Assembly (NCBI GenBank): GCA_964434995.1
Contig: CAYSXO010000001.1
Span: 14,900-78,899, forward strand
Reading direction: 5' to 3'
Length of the DNA: 64,000 nucleotides
Source: an uncultured Sphaerobacteraceae bacterium
GTDB lineage: Bacteria > Chloroflexota > Chloroflexia > Thermomicrobiales > UBA6265
Below, in pieces: positions 57,449-64,000 of the stretch; the first letter of the stretch is position 1, and every line of letters starts with the position of its first letter. A model generated the notes under the pieces. The model was given only the letters and a program-made list of their open reading frames with translations, made no database searches and was not told the origin of the DNA. The translations under genes and the position numbers were made by a program.

Positions 57449-58158
57449 CGGCCAACCGTAATTGATGAAGCGATCAGATACTCACGATCAGGGCTAGAGA
57501 CATCAAATTGACGTTTAGGTTCAACAAGCCACTCGACTCTGTCTCTTTGAGTCGCACATAACCCAACTCCGCTGTCTTCAAACTGGCGGAGCATCATTGT
57601 GCTAACTCGTATTCGAGTTGCATCCATAGCAACAAACGCACTGTCCGAAAAGCGCAGATATGAAATCGCTTGATGCAATGCGGCGCGCCATTTGCTTAAC
57701 TTGGCTTCTACTGCTACTACATCTGCCCCAACGGCAGCCATCCCAGCGCTCAACCTGAGCCTATTCGAGTCGCAGAGCTCAATAGCTCCGCACTTCTGAA
57801 GATCAAACAGTATGGGTTCGACACGTTCTATTGGTTCATGGAAGCGAGCAGCAAGGGCCACACTATCAAGGGGATTCTGACGCAATAGCCATATTACAAA
57901 TGCGTGTCGGTAAGTTAGGCGGGCAGGCCACAGGCTTGGGTCAGGCTCATTATCAAAACACACATATATGAAGTCTGGAATGTGGGATCCTACCGGTACT
58001 TCCCTCTTATAGATTACATTTCTGTGTTTGGTTGGTAGGATCAGGTCTAGTCGGGCCAGAGTAGACTGAAGTTCCCTTTCGTTGACGAATGCGGTGGCTA
58101 CCATCGATGAGGACGAATCCATCCGGCCTGCGCATTTTCGTTGACGACTCGGAATCAT
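57397..58158 (-). CDS. Hypothetical protein with a wHTH-like middle segment and a PD-(D/E)xK-nuclease-like motif
   Basis: 253-aa ORF in low-GC DNA, convergent with the orphan gene. 'IPDFIYV' and 'GADVVAVEAKLSKWRAALHQA' resemble D...(D/E)xK nuclease cores. 'LDSVALAARFHEPIERVEPILFDLQKCGAIEL' looks like a winged helix. The functional call is tentative and the start could be 58158, 58122 or 58104. Confidence 0.45.
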   Translation of the reverse strand: MIPSRQRKCAGRMDSSSSMVATAFVNERELQSTLARLDLILPTKHRNVIYKREVPVGSHIPDFIYVCFDNEPDPSLWPARLTYRHAFVIWLLRQNPLDSVALAARFHEPIERVEPILFDLQKCGAIELCDSNRLRLSAGMAAVGADVVAVEAKLSKWRAALHQAISYLRFSDSAFVAMDATRIRVSTMMLRQFEDSGVGLCATQRDRVEWLVEPKRQFDVSSPDREYLIASSITVGRQQLWSRRYPSNAVSHA

Positions 58159-58237
58159 ACTATCCGCCCGATCTTGGCCACTACAAAACGACGATTACAA
58201 GAAACTCAGGGGGATTTGGACTGCCGACTTCGCAACA

Positions 58238-58285
58238 AGATAATAGAACATATTATCTACTTTGTCAACTCAAATCTACTTGAGT
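58238..58285. promoter_or_regulatory. Two short inverted repeats in the AT-rich divergent region upstream of hsdR: AGATAAT-N7-ATTATCT (58238-58258) and ACTCAA-N6-TTGAGT (58268-58285)
   Basis: Read directly. They lie between the start of the minus-strand wHTH/nuclease-like gene (58158) and the putative hsdR promoter, so they are candidate operator sites. Confidence 0.3.
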
Positions 58286-58321
58286 CATTCGGCACAATCA
58301 AAGTAACTCAGATTTCGCTAC

Positions 58322-58350
58322 TTGGCAACAATTCATGTCCAGATTATAAC
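58322..58350 (+). promoter_or_regulatory. Putative hsdR promoter TTGGCA-N17-TATAAC
   Basis: The -35 element TTGGCA is at 58322-58327 and the -10 element TATAAC is at 58345-58350, with an exact 17-nt spacer. The -10 ends 24 nt upstream of the hsdR ATG (58374). Confidence 0.45.
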
Positions 58351-58373
58351 CATTCTCTAATGTCTAGCTTGAG

Positions 58374-61300
58374 ATGACCACCTCTTTCACTGAGTCTCTC
58401 GTTGAACAGGCCGGCCTCGATTGGCTCGCCGAGTTAGGCTACCAGGTCGCCCACGGCCCCGCCCTCGCCCACGGCGAGCCCGCCGCCGAGCGCGCCAGCT
58501 TCGGTGACGTCGTCCTCGTTGACCGCCTCCACGCCGCCCTCGCGCGTCTCAACTCCGCCCTCCCCGCCGAAGCCCGCGACGACGCCCTCCGCCAGGCCCT
58601 CGCCGCCCCCTGCCCCAGCCTGCTCGAAAACAACCGCCGCTTCCACCGCCTGCTCGTGGAGGGCGTGGACGTCGAAGTCCGCCGCGCCGATGGCGCCCCC
58701 GCCCACGACAAGGCCTGGCTGGTGGATTTCGCTCACCCCGCCCGCAACGAATGGCTGGCCGTCAACCAGTTCGTCGTCAAGGAAGGGCGCCGTGAGCGCC
58801 GGCCCGACGTCGTCCTGTTCGTCAACGGCCTCCCCTTGGTCGTCATCGAGCTCAAGAACGCCGCCGATGAGGACGCCACCGTGCGCGGCGCGTTCAAACA
58901 GCTTCAGACCTACAAGGCCGAGATTCCGGCCCTGCTCCACTACAACGCCGTCCTCATCGCCTCCGATGGCGTCGAGGCGCGGGCCGGGTCGCTCACCGCC
59001 GACTGGGAGCGCTTCATGCCCTGGCGGACCGTGGATGGCGAGACCGTCGCCCCGCGTGGCAGCCTTCAGCTCGAAACCCTGCTGCGCGGCCTGTGCGCCC
59101 CCGCCCGCCTGCTCGATCTGGTCCAGCACTTCATCACCTTCGACGCCACCGGCCCCACCCTCGCCAAGAAGCTGGCCGGTTACCACCAGTACCACGCCGT
59201 CAACAAGGCGCTGGAAACCACCCTGCGCGCCGCCGCGGTGGAGGGCGACCGCCGCGCCGGCGTCATCTGGCACACGCAGGGCAGCGGCAAGAGCCTCACC
59301 ATGGCTTTCTACGCCGGCAAGCTCATCCGCGCCCTCGATAACCCCACCCTGGTCGTCCTCACCGACCGCAACGACCTCGACCAGCAGCTTTTCGATACCT
59401 TCGCCGCCAATCAGGACCTCCTCCGCCAGTCCCCCGTCCAGGCCGAGGACCGCGGCCAGTTGCGCGAGCTGCTCCAGCGCGCCTCGGGCGGCGTCGTCTT
59501 CACCACGGTGCAGAAGTTCCTGCCCGCCCCCGGCGAGGCCTATCCGCTGCTGTCTGAGCGCCGCAACATCGTCGTCATCGCCGACGAGGCCCACCGCAGC
59601 CAATACGGCTTTGCCGCCCGCGTCGTCGTGCCCAAGGGCCAGCCCCACGAGGCCGAAGGCGCCTACCTCGCCTACGGCTTCGCCAAGCACCTGCGCGATG
59701 CGCTGCCCAACGCCAGCTTCATCGGCTTCACCGGCACCCCGGTCGAGCTGAACGACCGCAGCACGCGGCAGGTATTTGGGGACGAGATTGACGTTTACGA
59801 CCTCCAGCGCGCGGTCGAAGACGGCGCGACGGTGCGCATCTACTATGAGGGGCGGCTGGCGCGGCTGGCGCTGGACGAGGCCGAGCGCCCGCACCTCGAC
59901 CCCGAGTTTGAAGAGGTGACCGAAGGCGAAGAGACTACAGCCAAGGAAGAGCTCAAAACCCGCTGGGCGCGGCTGGAAGCCCTCGTCGGCGCGGAGAAGC
60001 GCGTCAATCTGCTGGCCGCCGACCTGGTAGCGCATTTCGAGAAGCGGCGCGAGGCGCTCTCCGGCAAGGGCATGCTCGTCGCCATGAGCCGCCGCATCTG
60101 CGTGGACCTCTACAACGCCATCGTCAAGCTGCGGCCCGACTGGCACGACGATGACGACAAAAAGGGCTTCCTCAAGGTCGTCATGACCGGCTCCGCCGCC
60201 GACGGCCCCGACTGGCAGCCCCACATCCGCAGCAAGTCCCGCCGCCGCGCCCTGGCCGACCGCTTCAAGGACCCCGCCGATCCCCTCACCCTCGTCATCG
60301 TCCGCGACATGTGGCTCACCGGCTTCGACGCCCCCAGCCTGCACACCATGTACGTGGACAAGCCCATGCGCGGCCACGGCCTCATGCAGGCCATCGCCCG
60401 CGTCAACCGCGTCTTCCGCGACAAGCCCGGCGGCCTCATCGTGGACTATCTCGGCCTCGCCCACGAGCTCAGAGCCGCCCTGGCCGTCTACACCCAGGCC
60501 GACCGCGACCAGGCCGGGGTGCCGCAGACCCAGGCTGTCGAGCTGCTGCTCGAAAAGTTCGAGATCGTCGCCGCCCTCTTCCACGGCCTCGACTACTCGC
60601 GCTTCACCACCGGCACCCCCGCCGAGCGCCTGGCCCTCATCCCCGCCGGCATGGAGCACATCCTCGCCCAGCCCGAGGGCAAGACCCGCCTCCTGCAGGC
60701 TGCGTCCGATCTCGCCAAGGCCTTTGCCCTGGCCGTCCCGCACGAAACCGCCCTCGCCCTGCGCGACGAGATCGGCTACTTCCAGGCCGTCCGCGCCGCA
60801 CTCGCCAAAGCCACCGCGCCCGATGGCCGTACCACCGAGGACTTCGACACCGCCCTGCGCCAGCTTGTCTCGCGCGCCGTCGTCTCGAACCAAATTGTGG
60901 ATATCTTCGCCGCTGCCGGCCTCAAAACGCCCGACATCTCCATCCTCTCCGACGAGTTCCTGGCCGAGGTCAAGGCCCTTCCGCAGCGCAACCTCGCCCT
61001 TGAGCTCCTCCGAAAGCTGCTCGACGACGCCATCCGCGCCCGCGCCCGTACCAACGTTGTCCAGGCCCGCTCCTTCGCCGCCCTGCTGGAGCAGACCATC
61101 CACGCCTATCAGAACCGTTCTCTCGAAGCCGCCCAGGTCATCGCCGAGCTGATCGAGCTGGCGCGGCAGTTCAACCTCGCCGCCCATCGCGGCGAAGACC
61201 TCGGACTCACCGAAGCTGAGCTGGCCTTCTACGACGCCCTCGGCGTCAACGACAGCGCCGTCCAGGTCCTCGGCAACGAGACCCTGCGCGCCATCGCCCA

Positions 61301-61490
61301 GGAGCTGGTGCAGACGGTGCGCAGCAACGTGACGATTGATTGGAGCGTGAAGGAGAGCGTGCGCGCCAACCTGCGGCGTCTCGTGCGGCGCGTCCTCCGC
61401 AAACACGGCTACCCGCCCGACAAGCAGGAGCAAGCCACCATCACCGTACTGGAGCAGGCCGAACTTATTGCGAAGGATTGGGCGGAGTAG
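58374..61490 (+). CDS. hsdR: Type I restriction enzyme, restriction (R) subunit
   Basis: 1038-aa ORF. It has an N-terminal PD-(D/E)xK nuclease ('[20 protein letters not shown]'), helicase motif I '[11 protein letters not shown]', motif II '[12 protein letters not shown]', 'GFTGTP', and motif VI '[32 protein letters not shown]'. The helical C-terminal domain is typical of HsdR. Confidence 0.95.
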   Translation: MTTSFTESLVEQAGLDWLAELGYQVAHGPALAHGEPAAERASFGDVVLVDRLHAALARLNSALPAEARDDALRQALAAPCPSLLENNRRFHRLLVEGVDVEVRRADGAPAHDKAWLVDFAHPARNEWLAVNQFVVKEGRRERRPDVVLFVNGLPLVVIELKNAADEDATVRGAFKQLQTYKAEIPALLHYNAVLIASDGVEARAGSLTADWERFMPWRTVDGETVAPRGSLQLETLLRGLCAPARLLDLVQHFITFDATGPTLAKKLAGYHQYHAVNKALETTLRAAAVEGDRRAGVIWHTQGSGKSLTMAFYAGKLIRALDNPTLVVLTDRNDLDQQLFDTFAANQDLLRQSPVQAEDRGQLRELLQRASGGVVFTTVQKFLPAPGEAYPLLSERRNIVVIADEAHRSQYGFAARVVVPKGQPHEAEGAYLAYGFAKHLRDALPNASFIGFTGTPVELNDRSTRQVFGDEIDVYDLQRAVEDGATVRIYYEGRLARLALDEAERPHLDPEFEEVTEGEETTAKEELKTRWARLEALVGAEKRVNLLAADLVAHFEKRREALSGKGMLVAMSRRICVDLYNAIVKLRPDWHDDDDKKGFLKVVMTGSAADGPDWQPHIRSKSRRRALADRFKDPADPLTLVIVRDMWLTGFDAPSLHTMYVDKPMRGHGLMQAIARVNRVFRDKPGGLIVDYLGLAHELRAALAVYTQADRDQAGVPQTQAVELLLEKFEIVAALFHGLDYSRFTTGTPAERLALIPAGMEHILAQPEGKTRLLQAASDLAKAFALAVPHETALALRDEIGYFQAVRAALAKATAPDGRTTEDFDTALRQLVSRAVVSNQIVDIFAAAGLKTPDISILSDEFLAEVKALPQRNLALELLRKLLDDAIRARARTNVVQARSFAALLEQTIHAYQNRSLEAAQVIAELIELARQFNLAAHRGEDLGLTEAELAFYDALGVNDSAVQVLGNETLRAIAQELVQTVRSNVTIDWSVKESVRANLRRLVRRVLRKHGYPPDKQEQATITVLEQAELIAKDWAE

Positions 61491-61499
61491 CGCTTGCCA

Positions 61500-62759
61500 T
61501 CACAGCCCGCCTGCAATACCCCCGACTATTGATGCCGCTGAGCCTACCCCATCTTCCTTCTTAAGACGTGCGGCCAACTCTACCACCTTCTGCCCTACGC
61601 CCGAGTCGGAAACGAGATAATCTAGGGCAATGGTAATCGAGCTGGCAGAGATCCGACGACCAGGCAGGGGTGTGCCAGTAGCCTGAATATGTGCAATCCG
61701 CTCTCCCCACGCAAACTGATCCAGCACAACAGGAATTACCAGCGACGGCACGCCGGTCGCCAGCGCCGCCCCCGTGGTCCCGGCACCGCCATGATGAACC
61801 AAAGCGGCCATCCGGGAGAAGAGCCAGCGATGTGGAGCATCACCGATAGTCATCATGCCATCCGGCAACCCGATCATGTCAGCCCCATCCGACTGAATGA
61901 CGCCGCGCAGTCCGAGGCGCTGGAGCGCCGTTATCGCCAGCCTCAGGCGTTGGCCGCCGTCATATGAGCTCATGCTTCCAAAGCCCACATAGACTGGTGG
62001 CGGGCCGGCTTCGAGGAAGCGGACGAGATCGTCAGGGGGTGACCAGCTTGGCGGCTCACCTAGAAACCAGTATCCAGTAACGTGGTGCCAGGGTTTCCAG
62101 TCAACGGGCTTGGGGACGACCAATGGGCTGTAGCCGAAGAGCATGGGCGTGCAGAGTGCGGCCATTCTGCCGTATGGCCCAAGCCAGAAAGGCAGCGCCG
62201 GCAGACCCAACTCCTGGCGCCGCCAGTCGTTTTCCCAATCGCGCACCGCCAGCCAGAGCACCTGTTGGAAAGCCAGATGGGACAGCCAGTTGTAAGCGCC
62301 GCCCAGGCGTGGGCCTGGCGGCAGAAAGAAAGATGGGAACTCTCGCGTAGCCGGGAACGGCTGCAGGGCCGCCAGGAAGAACGGCACCCCCAGCTTCTCG
62401 GCGCAGCTGAATGCCCCGAACGATGTGCCAGAAGCGATAATGGCATCGGAGTCCTGGCAGGCGGCCCAATAATCGGCGAACAAGGTGGGGTAGCGGGGAC
62501 CAAGCGTCCGCTGCACGACAGACAGCATGCGCAGAAAGTTGCGGCCCTGGGCCTCGCGCTGCACTGCCGGATCAGCCAGCAGCGCGTCCGCGTCGAGGTT
62601 CAGCGGCCGGTAGTTCAGGTCGTAGCGCCGGACCAGGCTCTCAAAGCGGTGCGGCGCTACCAAGGTAACAGCATGGCCGGCGTCCCGCAGACCGGTGCCT
62701 AGCGCCACGTAGGGCTGGACGTCGCCGCGCGTGCCCGAGGTCAGGATGGTGAGGCGCAT
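61500..62759 (-). CDS. GT1-family glycosyltransferase (MGT/sterol- or carotenoid-glucosyltransferase-like; CrtX-like by context)
   Basis: 419-aa ORF. The N-terminus 'MRLTILTSGTRGDVQPYVALGTGLRDAGHAVT' is GT28-N-like, and 'HHGGAGTTGAALATGVPSLVIPVVLDQ' is the UDP-sugar-binding block. It is adjacent to a phytoene-synthase gene. Confidence 0.8.
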   Translation of the reverse strand: MRLTILTSGTRGDVQPYVALGTGLRDAGHAVTLVAPHRFESLVRRYDLNYRPLNLDADALLADPAVQREAQGRNFLRMLSVVQRTLGPRYPTLFADYWAACQDSDAIIASGTSFGAFSCAEKLGVPFFLAALQPFPATREFPSFFLPPGPRLGGAYNWLSHLAFQQVLWLAVRDWENDWRRQELGLPALPFWLGPYGRMAALCTPMLFGYSPLVVPKPVDWKPWHHVTGYWFLGEPPSWSPPDDLVRFLEAGPPPVYVGFGSMSSYDGGQRLRLAITALQRLGLRGVIQSDGADMIGLPDGMMTIGDAPHRWLFSRMAALVHHGGAGTTGAALATGVPSLVIPVVLDQFAWGERIAHIQATGTPLPGRRISASSITIALDYLVSDSGVGQKVVELAARLKKEDGVGSAASIVGGIAGGL

Positions 62760-62894
62760 GGGATGGCGGGCAGTTTACACAATGACCAGATTGTCTGAAT
62801 CGGCAGCGCTTTGGTTGGCTCAGGGCCGGACAGCAGGTAGAATAGTGATTGAGCGCCGCTCCAGCCATGCCCCCCTCATGGTTTGGAGCTGCGC

Positions 62895-63800
62895 TCATTC
62901 TGTTTGTGCCGCTGGATCGGGAGTCCGCACCCGACCTGGCCATGCCACGTCGGGCCAGCTCGTGGCAAGTAGCCATAGCTTACCGACAAGGCTCACGCGG
63001 GGTGTGGGGCCGTAGGCAGAGCAGGGCGCGCGTTCCATCCGATCCAGGATGGCGCGATAGGTCAGCGCGCCCAGGCCGACGGTCCACCGGCCCGTGCGGG
63101 ATAGCAGCGCCAGCCCCGGCCAGCCCTGCGCGAAGTGCCGCCGGGTCAGAGCAATCATGCGCCGGACGAGCCGATGAAAGCGTTCATCGCAGACCCGGCT
63201 CTCGATATCGGCGAGGGTCAGGCCGCACGCGACCAACTCGGATTGCGGCACATAGATGCGGCCCTCGGACAAGTCTTCGCCAAGATCACGAAGGATGTTG
63301 GTCATCTGCAGAGCGCGGCTCAAGGCGGCGGCGTAGGGCGCGGCCTGTTCAAATGTGATGCCCGGCGCCAGCCCCATGATGGGCGTTGCCATCAGACCGA
63401 CGGTCTCGGCGACCTGGCGGCAATAGGCATACAGGTCGTCGAGAGCCCCAAACCGCCGCGGCGCCAGGTCGGCCTCGATGCCGTCGAGCAAGTCACGCAC
63501 GTAGCGATCGTCAACGGCATAGCGCTCACGTACGGCTGCCCACGCCCTCAAGATCGGGTCCTGTTGGTTGGCAGCCAGCTCGAGCGCCTGCCGTCGCCAC
63601 TGGTGGAAGGCATCGGGCGAAACCTTCGCCCGATCAACCATGTCGTCCATCTGGCGGAAGAAGGCGTAGGCCGCCCACATGGCCTGCCGGCGTTCCGCCG
63701 GCAGCAGCAGCGTGGCGTATTGAAATGTTCGGCTGCGCTGGCGAACATACCGCGCCACGGCCGCATGGGCGGACTGCAATTCCAGCAATTCGGCAGTCAT
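62895..63800 (-). CDS. crtB: Phytoene/squalene synthase family protein (phytoene synthase by context)
   Basis: 301-aa ORF with Asp-rich motifs 'YAFFRQMDDMVD' and 'LRDLGEDLSEGRIYVP'. ATGA overlap with the upstream gene. Confidence 0.8.
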   Translation of the reverse strand: MTAELLELQSAHAAVARYVRQRSRTFQYATLLLPAERRQAMWAAYAFFRQMDDMVDRAKVSPDAFHQWRRQALELAANQQDPILRAWAAVRERYAVDDRYVRDLLDGIEADLAPRRFGALDDLYAYCRQVAETVGLMATPIMGLAPGITFEQAAPYAAALSRALQMTNILRDLGEDLSEGRIYVPQSELVACGLTLADIESRVCDERFHRLVRRMIALTRRHFAQGWPGLALLSRTGRWTVGLGALTYRAILDRMERAPCSAYGPTPRVSLVGKLWLLATSWPDVAWPGRVRTPDPAAQTE

Positions 63801-64000
63801 ATCTGCGCGGCGAGGCGCGCAAGCCCGTTCAGCACGCTGGTGTAACCCTGGTCGCTGCGGCCAATCGCATCGAGGGCTTTGGCAATGCGCCTGGCCTGTG
63901 GGTTGGGGCTCGCGTGCAGGGCCTTGCGGCGGTCCAGGATCGCGATAACGGTGGTATAGAGGGCGAACTCCGGTGAGCGCGCCAGGTCACCAACCGGCAG
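63797..64000 (-). CDS. 3' end of an upstream gene of the carotenoid operon (partial, runs off the window), function not assignable
   Basis: The minus frame is open from the window edge to the TGA at 63797-63799 ('...RRIAKALDAIGRSDQGYTSVLNGLARLAAQI*'). The stop overlaps the crtB ATG. It is not in the ORF track because it is truncated. Confidence 0.4.
   Translation of the reverse strand: MPVGDLARSPEFALYTTVIAILDRRKALHASPNPQARRIAKALDAIGRSDQGYTSVLNGLARLAAQI

Noticed and set aside
58504-59751. A 415-aa plus-strand ORF in another frame inside hsdR (Pro/Ser/Ala/Thr/Arg-rich).
   Set aside because: It is an out-of-frame read-through typical of high-GC coding sequence. It has low-complexity composition, and hsdR in the other frame carries all the expected motifs.
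58434-61433. A 999-codon open reading frame antisense to hsdR, the longest ORF in the window after hsdR itself.
   Set aside because: It is codon-aligned with hsdR, so its stop codons would correspond to the sense codons TTA, CTA and TCA. The extremely C3-biased hsdR avoids these codons; the ORF ends exactly at a sense TTA at 58434-58436. Its translation is low-complexity (G/A/V/E/D/L) with no motif. It is a shadow ORF of a GC-rich gene, not a gene.
1-64000. I looked for CRISPR arrays, tandem repeats, rRNA/tRNA genes, riboswitch-like leaders (notably cobalamin) and integrase or recombinase genes.
   Set aside because: Nothing convincing was seen by eye. Intergenic regions are mostly under 60 bp, and the few longer ones (2830-2929, 4702-4880, 30800-30957, 47417-47960, 51977-52252, 58159-58373, 62760-62894) show no repeat-spacer periodicity or tRNA-like cloverleaf segments. 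A covariance-model scan (Infernal/tRNAscan) would be needed to exclude small RNAs.

Overview
This is a 64-kb, densely coding, high-GC bacterial chromosomal window. The taxon cannot be determined from the sequence alone. GGAGG-type ribosome-binding sites and ATGA/GTGA/TGATG stop-start overlaps are common. I saw no rRNA, tRNA or CRISPR array. Layout, left to right: (1) 14-2829 holds a glycoside-hydrolase-like gene and a GntR/FCD regulator. (2) 2930-26218, divergent from the regulator, is a ~23-kb run of 22 co-directional catabolic genes. These are RidA, a flavin amine-oxidase-like enzyme, an orphan MTHFR-C-domain protein, a class-III aminotransferase, an ALDH, an M24 creatinase/prolidase-like protein, Gfo/Idh/MocA, and E1alpha/E1beta/E2 of a 2-oxoacid/acetoin dehydrogenase without E3. 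They continue with a corrinoid protein plus three URO-D/MtaA-like paralogues and a COG0523 GTPase, HpcH aldolase, 2-hydroxyacid dehydrogenase, a fucose-isomerase-like/FGGY kinase/class-II aldolase trio, a DHDPS-like protein and an enolase-superfamily enzyme. (3) 26223-30799 holds a MATE exporter, a decayed IS630 transposase and two MFS genes. (4) 30958-36747 holds IclR plus DUF35/thiolase-like/CoA-transferase/class-IV aminotransferase genes and an AKR. (5) 36787-47416 (minus strand) is a peptide/nickel-type ABC importer split by hydantoinase, N-carbamoyl-amino-acid amidohydrolase, LLM and FAD oxidoreductase genes. (6) About 47.6-49.07 kb is a belt of decayed genes. (7) 49073-61490 is a defence island. 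A ~967-aa PLD(HKD)-SF2 helicase fusion sits head-to-head with an intact type I R-M system. In that system hsdS and hsdR are separated by a low-GC three-gene cassette: a stand-alone Ser/Thr kinase, a 438-aa orphan, and a convergent wHTH/nuclease-like gene. This cassette is my best candidate for an undescribed system. (8) 61500-64000 holds carotenoid genes: a GT1 glycosyltransferase, crtB and a partial upstream gene. All family calls come from motif recognition by eye; no database search or computation was possible.
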